From the NCBI RefSeq assembly GCF_011745625.1, contig NW_027191469.1, positions 1-64,000 of the forward strand: 64,000 bases of DNA, read 5' to 3'. Origin of the DNA: Cladosporium halotolerans. Lineage: Eukaryota. The notes under the pieces were generated by a model. That model saw only the letters and a program-made list of their open reading frames with translations, was not told the DNA's origin and made no database searches. The translations under genes and the position numbers were made by a program. Of this stretch, positions 1-10,314 are shown in pieces (within the stretch, counting starts at the first letter, position 1; each line of letters starts with the position of its first letter).

Positions 1-97
1 CCTGATTGCTGATTGATTTCTGATTGAGCGCCCACCTGACTGATTTGATTCCTGATTGAGCTTCACCTGATTCTGAATATTCAAGATTCAAGATCTA
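1..97. mobile_element. Probable DNA-transposon terminus (hAT-like) with dense subterminal TGATT repeats; truncated by the window edge
   Basis: There are 8 copies of TGATT in 3-72, duplicated CTGATTGAGC (20-29, 52-61) and CACCTGA (33-39, 64-70), and the palindrome TGAATATTCA (74-83). On the minus strand the block starts 5'-TAGATCTTGAATC at 97, abruptly ending coding-like sequence. No transposase is visible. Confidence 0.45.
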
Positions 98-1688
98 TGT
101 CGAGACCTCGGTTGCCGTTGCAGAGACAGAGGTCAAAGTCGCATCCTCATCGTTTGGGTCTCCCGTAGCTTTGCCCTTGCCCTTTCCCGCAGCTTCCTCT
201 GGATTGACGTGGAGCCGACGTGGGTGATGGGATACTCCAACCAAATCGGAAGGGGCATGCCCATTGCTTCGTACGAAGCGAAAGCATTGTATGCTGTTGC
301 AGAGTCGAAAGCACATGAGGGGCCACCGCTCGAGTCTGAGGAGATGGTACTTGTGGTCGTTGGATGTATATCACACCCTGTTACTGGTGTACAGGTTGTC
401 GTATAGCATGCAGTCATTGTAGTCGCGAATACGCCATCGATGGAAGTATCGGGGTGCGGAATTTCTGTGGGCTTGGTAGATATAGAACAGGCAATTCGAC
501 AATCTGAAATTGTCGTCGTTCCAGCAGAGCAGGAGCTTGTTGATGATGAAGTGGCTTCTTCCGTGGACGTGAGTGTCGAGCTTGGCCGGTTGTCATCGTC
601 ATCATCCTCCTCTTCTCCACCTTGGTCCCCTGGGTCGTCTTTGTCTCTGTCACTGCTTTCATCATCTTCGTCATCGCTCTCACCGTCGCTGGACGACTGC
701 TTGTCATCTTTGTCGTCCCGGCTGGATGGAGGGCTTGAGCAAGGCTTGAAAGGGAGGGGTATGCACGGGAAACTAAATTCTGGCAAGTGCAATGTGGGCC
801 ACTTGAAGAGAACGCCAGTGACTTCAGGAATGCCCCAGATTATGACCGCTCCGCCACATTCAGGGCATCAAATGACCGGAACAGTGGAGCTCTCGGCGTC
901 CCTTCTTGTCTCAATCCAAGTGTTCGTGGTCAGTCCGCCAGACGTGATAAGCTGCGTCGAGACTACAGCGGGGACCGTGGTCATTGTGGAGGTGATAGAG
1001 AGGAGCAAAGCCGTGTCGTCTGTTGTGGTCCCGCTTGAGGTATGCAAAGCCGGAGAGGTTCTTGTCATGGCTGGTCGAGGCGACGGCTCGAGCATGCTCG
1101 AGTCTGAGAGTGAAGACTCCTGAACAATAGCAGTCCTGGATGCTGAGCTGGATCCTGGCTTGGCAGTGGGCTTCGAGCCTGAGAACAATCGTGAAGAATT
1201 GCCGAATATCAATGGGTCATCGATTGGGTTGGAACCAAGACGCGACGATGGGAGCACCAACCGGGAGCCGCTTTCCGACGTATCAAGCTAGTCGGCACCG
1301 CTGCCGTCTTCTTTGTTGGAGCTTTCGGCAATGATGTAGATCTGGTGCTGTTCCAAGTAGCATTCATAGAAGAGAACATTGTGCGGGTCGAAGATGCTTG
1401 CTCCTTGGTGAAACTGAAGCCTTCCTCTGATGTCCTAGAATTCCTTGCATCACTCGAAGTTGAAGAGATATTAACCATCGAAGACCCTAGATCAAGTGGG
1501 TTGTGATCGCTGATAGGAAGTTTTGCAGATTTGGAAGTGTTGGAGCCGGTCATGTTGGCGAAGGCCAATCCATCCTTGTTTGCGGGAGGCGCAGTCGCAC
1601 CATTCCCAAACGAAGAATGCACTGTGCCACTCGTCGCAAGAACTTGGCAGAGCAAACTTGCCATACAAAGTATCGATGTTGCATGCAT
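95..1688 (-). pseudogene. Disrupted gene for a secreted Ser/Thr-rich, Cys-containing protein
   Basis: Signal-peptide-like start MHATSILCMASLLCQVLATS at 1688. Coding-like text continues through a frameshift near 1290, an in-frame TGA at 870-868 (VPVI*CPECGGAVIIWGIP...LPEFSFPCIP) and a second frameshift near 200-230, and ends at the repeat block at 97. Confidence 0.65.
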
Positions 1689-2503
1689 GGCGTAGTGAAA
1701 GACTTCATATGATGACTCTGGTCAACTTTATCACGAGATTGGCGGTCACAAAGAGACTCTTTATAGCAATACAAAGTCAGAAAGATGACTGTCCTAGGTT
1801 TCATGTAGGTCTATGCCAAGCCCCGCAGGATCAATGGTGAAACGCCTTGCTCAGGGCACCTACATGAGCCGGTCTCGCAAGGATGCGAACATCCGCAACC
1901 AATCTCTTGGGATGGAGAAAGCAGAGTTGTGCGGGCCAGCAATTTGTTAACAGCGATCTGGCTTATCTGTCCATTGGACACCGTTCAAGTTGCCCTAAAC
2001 TGTTAGTTTTGAAACAGAGGTGCCACTTCTGCATCTTCAACGATGGCTTCCCGCGCCCTACCCACAGCCTTGGTCAGTGCTGTTCAAGGCGCACCGGCAA
2101 AGTCTTCGGGCTTCACAAACCATTCTTCGATGCTTGGAACACTTGTCGGTGCACGTTCACACTAGCGAGTCTGAGACTCCAGCAAAAACGATCTAACCTG
2201 TCGGTGGCGTTCATTTCGGTGCATTCCGGGGTATTACTCTGCTTCGACTGTGTGGTGGCCGTTCAAGTGCTGCCTGCAGGCTCGTACTGAATAGCGCTTC
2301 GAATCCGCTCGCTCTCAGGACGAGAGTATGTAGCGACTTTGGTGTCACACTGCACGCTCCTTGAAGGTATTTTAGCTCAATCGTGAAGTCTTCTGCAACG
2401 TTGAAGTTATTCTTGTTTTGAACAGAGCACAAAGTTCCAAGCACCTAAGCTACTCAATTAAGGCACTGCCAAGGAGCCTTCGTACAATTGACTGGTATTA
2501 AGG

Positions 2504-3105
2504 CTAAATAATCTTCTGCTCATTGTAGGCCTCATCCCAATCTTCTCGAGCAAAGGTGACGAAAAAGACGCCTGCTTTTTGGAATCTGATTGGAATGGTC
2601 TCTGGCTCACCCTGCCCGTCAATCGCCTTGCATATCAAAAGTTGCTTACTATTCTCATATAGATCCTTTTTCAGCACGGCACAGAAGGTTTTATCAAGCG
2701 GTTTTGGCGGTTTCGGCATCTGACGGATGAATTCAATTGCATCGATAAGGGATTTCCCAATGAAAGGTGAGCGCCAGCTTAGATCGATCGGCGTGATAGT
2801 TCCCTCATAGCCGATGCCATCGAAGTCTCGCAGGCTTTCGTATTTGTCTGCCAGCCAAAGATATTGAGCGCCCGTTTTGTTTCCATTCTCGTTGAGCACT
2901 TCATTGACGATCTGTGAAGCATATTAGAACATTTGTGAGATCAAATATGTACCATCGCGACTGATTATACTTCGATAGGAACATCGTCAAGAACGATAAG
3001 TGCCATTAAGTCTCCGTCGCACTCGTCTTCCATACGTTTTGTGGGGAAGTGTCCCTTGAATCTCTCGAAAAACGCATCTGCATTGAAGCTCGGTGGTGCT
3101 GCCAT
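2504..3105 (-). CDS. Hypothetical protein, 180 aa, tandem paralogue A (exons 3105-2971, 2911-2504)
   Basis: The GTATAA...CAG intron (2970-2912) gives a continuous frame MAAPPSFNADAFFERF...GAQYLWLAD...WRSPFIGK. It aligns without gaps to the paralogue at 4200-4810. Confidence 0.85.
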
Positions 3106-4199
3106 GGTCGAGTTGGTGGCCTTGCAGGACGAAATTACTAGCAAATGAGGTGGGAATCTGGCTATAAAATTGACTTGAGCTGGAGACAGGATCCATCAGG
3201 GCAAGCAGCTCATGAAGGAGCACAAGACGCTTGATTCTGACAATTCGTGGTGAAACGCGTCGTTGATTGGCACGTTTTGACGCCGACGATCACCCGACCC
3301 GAACCGCTTGCATAGACTTGATGCAGCCATTACCTAGGTAGGTAATGTCCAGAGCACTGGTAAAGTCTGACCTCCAGTTCGCTCCAGACTCAAACATCCG
3401 AATCCTTCGAGTCCACTTGGCTGCCGCTTCGTAGTCATGTCGGCGGCCGAGACCGCTGGATCTACTTCCTACCAATGCAGGCCCATACACGTCTGCCGCC
3501 ACATGCGCACTCCGCACAGTTAATTGCAGGCTCGCTCCAACTGCGAAGGGTTCGTGTCCTTCATCCTTCCAGCTTTCAGTGTTTTAGGCATGACTATGCA
3601 TTATTCAAGGAATCAAATGTACGCCACTGCAAGGGGCCATGCATTTGGGAGGAATGTCACGATGCCTGACTGAGAGCGTAAGCCCTGTCGCATTGCAATA
3701 AGAGACAAGTACGTCCATGATGCTGTCAAGATATGTCTAGTACTTGTACCCAGTTGTTCCAGCTGCAATGCAGGGATCTCAGAGTCCCTCAATCCCGCTA
3801 GCCCATTTAACGGTGACACACGGCCCAGTGTTTGCGGCCAGGCCATGGCCCCCTGTGCACGTTTCGCGAGTCTGGAATTTGCACGATGACACACCATCAA
3901 GATTCTGCCAGGGGGTCTTATTTCGACACAGAGAAAAACTTTACAGGCCCGAGCATACTTTTCGGCGCTTAACGCGCGCATCTAGGGCTCTGATGGCTCG
4001 AAGATGATAGCGCAAGAATGACTGATATGCTTGACAGATCGCAGGACAGAAATTAGCATTTAGAAGCTACAAGCGGTGAAGGAAACACTCGTTTGGTACA
4101 AAGGATCTTCGTAGAATAACCGCAAACCAGTACGGACAAAGGAGGTTTGACGCTGACAGTCCCTTTGCGGAGAATATGATCGCGCATCTATGGCTATAA

Positions 4200-4810
4200 T
4201 CAAGGTTCCATAAGTTTTTGCTTCTCGTGACACTCGTCCCATTCTTCCCGTTCGAAAGCAACGAAGAAGAGGCCCGCTTCTTTACCTTCTATTGGAATCG
4301 TTTCTGGGTCACGCTTTCCCTCAATTACTTTGCATATTAGAAGATATCCCCTCTCCTCATATAGATCCTTCTGCAGTAACGCGTAATATGCTTTACAAAG
4401 TGGTTTAGGTGGTTTCGGGGTATTTCGGATAAATGCAGTTACATCTGCAGGAGTTTTGCCAACGAACGGTGAACGCCAAGCGGGATCTATCGGAGAACTC
4501 GTTCCCTCGTGAGTCAAGCCATCATAGTCGTGTAGGCTATCGTGCGTATCCGCTAACCACAAGTACTGGGCGCCAGTGTTGTCAGAGTTGTCGCGCAGAA
4601 CTTTGTTGATTGTCTAGAAGAAGGGTCAGGCTGTCTGAGAGTGGCCCGGATGAAGCGAAGTTTAAGGGACCGTACGTCGGTGGGCACGTCGTCTATGACA
4701 ATTAGTGCCATAAGATCTCCAACGCTCTCGTCCTCCATGCGCCTATTAGGAAATTGTTTCTTGAACTTCTCGAAGAATGCATCTTGATCGAACTGTTGTG
4801 GTGCCGCCAT
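4200..4810 (-). CDS. Hypothetical protein, 182 aa, tandem paralogue B (exons 4810-4676, 4613-4200)
   Basis: The GTACGG...CTGAC...TAG intron (4675-4614) sits after codon 45, as in paralogue A. Protein reads MAAPQQFDQDAFFEKF...GAQYLWLAD...WRSPFVGK. Confidence 0.85.
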
Positions 4811-5410
4811 TTTGAACTGAGTATGAGGATAAGAGAGTACTGGTCGTGCAAGAAGACGTGTCGCTTGAGAACCTTTGCGCCTCTGACACTGCAAGGCGAA
4901 AAAAAGGTGCAGAGCAAGCCTAGAGTTGCTCTCTTTTGTTGCGAAACTCACCGTTGCGTGAGATGTCTCCAGTCCGACAATCAGCCGGTCCGTTCCCGTG
5001 TGCAGGGAAGAGAACCCTAGGAAAAACACGGATCTAGAACATGGAATCGAATCCTCCGGATCCACTCCATATCGGCTTCATACTTCTGAATCCTTCGACT
5101 CCACTATGCTGAAACAAATCGATCGTTGAGATGACCGCAACTTGCTGCCAGAGCCACCAAAATTACTTTTGCCGCGGCACCCGCGCTCCACGCCTGACAT
5201 GATGGGCTCACGCTACCTAGTATGGAAATTGGCTCTTCTTCCTTCGACAATCAACCGTCATGATCAGGAATCAATCCTTGCACCGTACAGTTGCAGTGCT
5301 AGTAACAACGAAACAGCGCCCCAAGTCTCAAGCATTGCCCAAGTGCATGCACGATCTCGAGTCGCAAAACTGGCCACATTCTTGTATCGTTTTCATGGTA
5401 GCGTTTTCGT

Positions 5411-6531
5411 GTGGTGATCTCCATCTATTTCTTCTCGCTTTTCATACTCTCGATGGCATTCTCTTTGAAGCCCGCAATGATGCAAATCGCTATGCTTCCT
5501 GACGGGTGGCAGGCCGACAAGAAAGAGCAATATCTCGAGACAGATGAGTGGCCAATGGCCACGTTTGAGAACCCAGAGTTCGATGAGGATGCCGATTCTA
5601 TACAGCATAGCCTGAGGTGCATTACTGCTGCCAGCAACAAAGCAGGCGGGAACATGTGGGCCAATTTTCTTTCTGGGGCAGGCCCCTACAATTCGGACAA
5701 AAGTTCTGAAGGCTACAAAAAGCATCGTGGGAAATGGTCACACCACCGTAAGGTTTTGGGTGCTCTCGATCCTGGCGACTGGTTCTTTGCAAATCCGAAC
5801 TTCGACTCCTTTGACGCCAGCAACTCAACGCACCAGAACATCATGAAGTAACTTTATCAGCTCGTCTCGCAAGATGAGACCGCATGACTGACGTTAGCAT
5901 GTACAGGACACTTGGCTGGTGCAAGGCACCATTTGCCGGATGCAAGAATGACGGCCGACAATTTCACCTTACTCACCTCCGCCACAACGAGATCACTAGC
6001 TCTGGCCGTATGAACGCCGAGTACGACAATACAAAGCACAACACGTACCGTGTGGACGGCGAAGACAACGACATTCACCAATACCATGTTGTTCTGGAGA
6101 CCACAGGCACTGACGCCGACCAGGTAGCCGCCAAGGCTTTTGAGTACCAGTCCGCGCACGCCAAAGGCAAGAGCGAAGAGAAGGTGCTAGACACCAGGGC
6201 CTCCGCAACGATGCGCAATGGCCAATCGTTCGAGATGAAGGGCAAGCTGCCTCGGAATCTCAAAGTGGAGAAGAGCGGCAGCGGCTGCGGCACCTTCACG
6301 TTCACGTATGCAGACCCGAAGAAGGATGGGTACAGGGTGTTCCGGTTCAGCAGCAACGACAAAGGGCTGTCTGAGCATGCGAGGAGCAGCCCAGGCGAGC
6401 CTTTGGCTGGGCACTACTGCCTGCCAGAGATGTTGCCGGTGCTGGACGCCAAGGGGCGGCCGAAGACGGGGAAGGACAAGAAAGTGATGCGGGCAGGGAC
6501 AAATCTGCATTGCTCATTCCCTGGCTGGTAG
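5411..6531 (+). CDS. Putative secreted protein with a NucA/NucB-like nuclease motif; start uncertain (GTG 5411 or ATG 5453); intron about 5848-5906
   Basis: Hydrophobic N-terminus and the motif ETDEWPMATF...SLRCI...NKAGGNMW. A GTAACT...ACTGAC...CAG intron joins ORFs 5411-5851 and 5884-6531 in frame. The C-terminal half is Cys-containing and ends CSFPGW. Confidence 0.6.
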
Positions 6532-6856
6532 CAGAAACTTGGATGCAACGGAGAAACGCGCAGTCCTGGACTAATGGACCTTACGTGTACGAGCAAGGCG
6601 CTGTTGTTGTGCGATTCGGAAGCTTTCAGTCACGTGACCAACCTATCCCGGGCCAAGACAGTCAGCTCCGATTGCGCACGGACTCGCGCGTCGCGTCGGT
6701 AAGGCAGCCATTCCCGACCTCCTGAAGTTCTGCATCGCTCTCCTTCATCCCTCTCCCAGCTCCACGACACTATCAGCGTCAAAGTACCTGTCATCAACTC
6801 CATCGCATCCCCGAACCTTTCGGTCAACTCTTTGAATCCCTGTGCCTTCGTCCGTA

Positions 6857-9674
6857 ATGGCGAGGCTGGCTGCTTCTGCCCAGTCGGCTGCCCGTCAAGG
6901 CTCGACGCCCGTACGAAGCACTCGTGCCACGCGTGCTCAGAGCCATGAGCCTGACGAGGCGCACGCACAACGTCGCTCTGCGCGGAATGCGAAACCCGCC
7001 GGGGCCGAGAATGCCACATCCGTTGAGGTTCCAGAGAATGCTTCTGGCAAAGGTGCGTTCCATCACATTAACCCTAACCCTACCGCGGGGAGCCCCAATC
7101 CTGACCCTAACCCAAACCCCAATCACCCAATCCTGGACCGGATGCATGCGCCTAAACCGATCTCTCGGAGACGTTTGAGGACACTTTCGAGAGCCACGCC
7201 AGAGCGAAATGCGCGGAAATTTGGGTTATGCTCACGATATCCTGGCCTGCCCACGGCGCATTCTCGAAAGACCTCGTTCTAGGATCAACATGCTGACACC
7301 CATGCCTTTTGGCGCGATCGCGAGCGATGCGACTCTTCACTCGTGACAATGCTGACCGAGTCTAGACCTCATGACCGTCGACGAGGACGCCCTCGAAGAA
7401 GACCAAAACATCGACTTGAACCTTCACGGCTTCGATCAAGCCCAGCAGCACGCGCCCAACCATGGCATGTCACCCGCTAGGACCTCCGCAATCTCCGGCA
7501 CTACGATCAAAACATCTTTTTCGATGGAAGAAGTCGAAGAACTCGACTCCGATGTCATGCTTGACTCTCTCAAGAGCTTCAACGATGCCACTGAAGCCCT
7601 ACTGGAGATCCTTGTCCCCACTCAAGCGGAAGATCTCGGCGCCGTTTGGGAAGAGATCGCAACAGAAGGTACGAAAGCGTACAAGCTCTACCAGAAGCGC
7701 TTGTCCGCCTTCCTTCTCTACAAAAGCGACTACACGACCACGCAAGATTACGTTCGACCGCACAACGTGTCTCGCGCGTTGTTTGATGTGCGTTCGGTTG
7801 ATGAAATCCCGCCGGGTACACCAACACCCGATAGCGTTCTCTACAAGGCGAACTTGGCCTACTTGCTGCACTTGTTGCTCATCAAATTCGACGGTCCTGG
7901 CATCTCTGCGGCCGAGAGTACTGAGATCCTAGAAGGAGCCGACCAGGCATTCCCAACAGTTGTGGCCGGACCATTCTACGATCCCATGGCTTTGAACATA
8001 TCTCTTCAGATCACCCGCCAACTGGCTATCAATCGCATGGCTTCCTTCGTGGAGGATCCACAATACAATCCTCAGGGTTTAGCCACCCATGCGTTTTTTT
8101 CGGAGGACGATGAAGAAAACAAGCAGGTCTACCGTCACGGACACGCTCTGCACTTGGACTCTGTGAGCGATCAGGAATCGAGGGCAGCCCTGGATCGAAT
8201 CTACAGCATCGTCAATGCGCTTAAGGAGCCGTACGGCGATGACGCTTCCGAGATTGATCCAGTGGAAGCCGCGAAAGGCCTGCGCGAAACATTTCCTTGG
8301 AGAGCTTTTGTAGAGGACACTCTTGTCCAATACTTCGCGCATCGCAAATTCCAGCTTGATAGCGAGATGCAAGCAGCACACGGCATGAACAACCTCGACG
8401 TCCAAATCAAACATGCTGTGGCGAACAAAGAAGATTTGAAAGCACTGGGGTCCCTCACCGTGAAGGTGGCGCAGTCTTCTGGAAAGTCGAAGATGTCCGC
8501 CCCTCCGGACGAGATTAGGCGTCTCAAAGCGTTCGCTCAAGCAGCCAATACTCCCACAGTAGCAACAGCGAGAATGGCTCCCGTGGCGCAGATGACCACT
8601 TCGTCGACTTCAATCCATCATCAAGATGACTATCCGCAATCAGCTGAACATGATGAGCCTGCCACTGGACCATCGCGCAGTAGCATTCACGACCTATCTG
8701 AATTTCAAAACCTCCAAGCTGCGCAAAAACAGAAAGCAGGCTCGAAGGGCAAGGGCAGGTCCTTCAACGATCGTCAGGCTGGAGCACGTCGCGTTGAATG
8801 GGATGAAGACCCGCAATCTCAGTACACCGGCAGCCCGCAGACCCAAAGCGGCCTGGGCAAGAGATCCCGAGCGGGCGAGCAGCTTCGAAGCAGCCCCGCA
8901 AAGAGGAGCCGTGTCCATGAGGAGGACTGGGAACCCACGCAAGATGGTGGTCCGGATGATGAGCCCGCTTTTGAGACCAAAGCAAGCGACGACGCGGCTG
9001 CGGATGAGCGCCGCCGTCAAGCGCCGAGCGCTCATCAGAGTGCTCCTTCCGAGCTCCGCCAGCCATACTACACTCGTCCAGCAAGTGAAGTCGATGCGCA
9101 AGGTTTCCAGCAGAGCTCCCCTCAACGCCGCAATCCTGGTGCCGCTATTCCCGGGCCGGCTGATCCTCCGTCGACCACCAGCGAATACCCATATTCACAG
9201 CAATACGAGCAAGCCGCTCGGCTTGCGAAACAGCAGCGGGTTCGACATCATGCACCCGTAGCTCGTTCGCGACATGCGTGGTCGCCAGAAGAGACTAATG
9301 CGCTCATGAAGTACATCCAAGAGTGGCCGGAAGAGGACAGTCTGCACTACGCATCCATCAAGAGGATGGACAGTTCCGCGGATGGCTACAAAGCTTTCAA
9401 TTCGCCGACCGAAAGGACCGCGGAGGACATCCGATTCCGAGCAAGGAACATGAAGGTCAACATGCTTCTGTAAGCAAACATCACATCTAGATCAAGCTCT
9501 CGCGAGTACAGTCACTAACTTATCAACAGGTCTCGAGCGGAGATGCATCCCAACTGGAGCAAAGTCCAGCTTGCCAAAAAGGAGATCGATAAGCTGCATG
9601 GTCGGGGCATACCGTATGTCCAGAATGGTCTTCGCGGTACTGCGACCGCCGATTCTCTCGATCAGGACGCGTAA
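6857..9674 (+). CDS. Telomere-repeat-binding factor-like protein (TRF/Taz1/Tbf1-type C-terminal Myb telobox domain); exons 6857-7052, 7366-9469, 9530-9674
   Basis: Both introns (GTGCGT...GCTGAC...TAG; GTAAGC...ACTAAC...CAG) keep the frame. The C-terminal WSPEETNAL...YASIK...RTAEDIRFRARNMKVNMLL resembles the telobox Myb consensus (W..EE..AL...RT..DLKDK.RN.K). The helical N-terminal half and disordered linker fit TRF-like architecture. Confidence 0.75.
7069..7134 (+). repeat. Telomere-type (CCCTAA)n cluster inside intron 1 of the TRF-like gene
   Basis: Perfect TAACCCTAACCCTA at 7069-7082, followed by degenerate CCCCAATCCTGACCCTAACCCAAACCCCAATCACCCAATCCT at 7093-7134. Confidence 0.85.
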
Positions 9675-10314
9675 TAGCGCAGTGCTGCGCTGATGCTGTG
9701 CGGTCTGGAACTGGCTTGCAAGATCACAACAGCGATGTCTCTGAGATCAAATTGGGCTGACGGTGGTCGCGTCTCGAAGAATGTTATTTCCCTGTTGTTT
9801 CTTACTTTCTCGGTCTCTTGTGTGTATTCTTCTGATCATAGAATTGTTGGGTTTATTTCATTGGAATGTGACAAAACTCTTCAAAAGTACCATGACCTGG
9901 CATTGTACGCAACTGCTAGCTATCATCAGCAGCGCGTGCTGCCCATAGTTCTGATTCCATGTTTCAGGTGCACGTTCATCTCCTTGGGAGATGCCATGTA
10001 CGAGCACTCTTGATATTTTACGTTATTCGTCGTCACGGAATTTTTCGATCTCCCAACAGGACACTTCAATTTATCCTAGGTTCGAGAGGAAGTGAAATGA
10101 TAACTTCCTGAAACGGCATAGCGGAGTCGCTGGAAGGGCAAGCAGATGACGTCTGTTGGCTGGCAGCCGAGGAATCATCAAACGCCGCCTTTGGCCTGCG
10201 AGGGCTCTCGCGTTACGTCCTTCCATGTGCTCTACAATTTCAAAAGAAAACCCCAGCCTCGCATCCTGACCCACCAGCCTCTCATTGTCGGACTGGCCAT
10301 TCTCAGCTCACAAC

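Noticed and set aside
1..97. CRISPR-like array or telomere
   Set aside because: Eukaryotic context, no repeat-spacer periodicity, and the motif is not TTAGGG.
868..870. In-frame TGA before CxxC read as selenocysteine or readthrough
   Set aside because: Dikarya lack the Sec machinery and the gene has other frameshifts, so a nonsense mutation is the simpler explanation.
7053..7365. Telomerase RNA encoded in the intron, since the sense strand contains a template-like UAACCCUAA
   Set aside because: Known filamentous-ascomycete telomerase RNAs are far longer than 313 nt and have one template of about 1.5 repeats, not a multi-copy degenerate array. I could not identify a pseudoknot or CR4/5 element. 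A covariance-model search would settle it.
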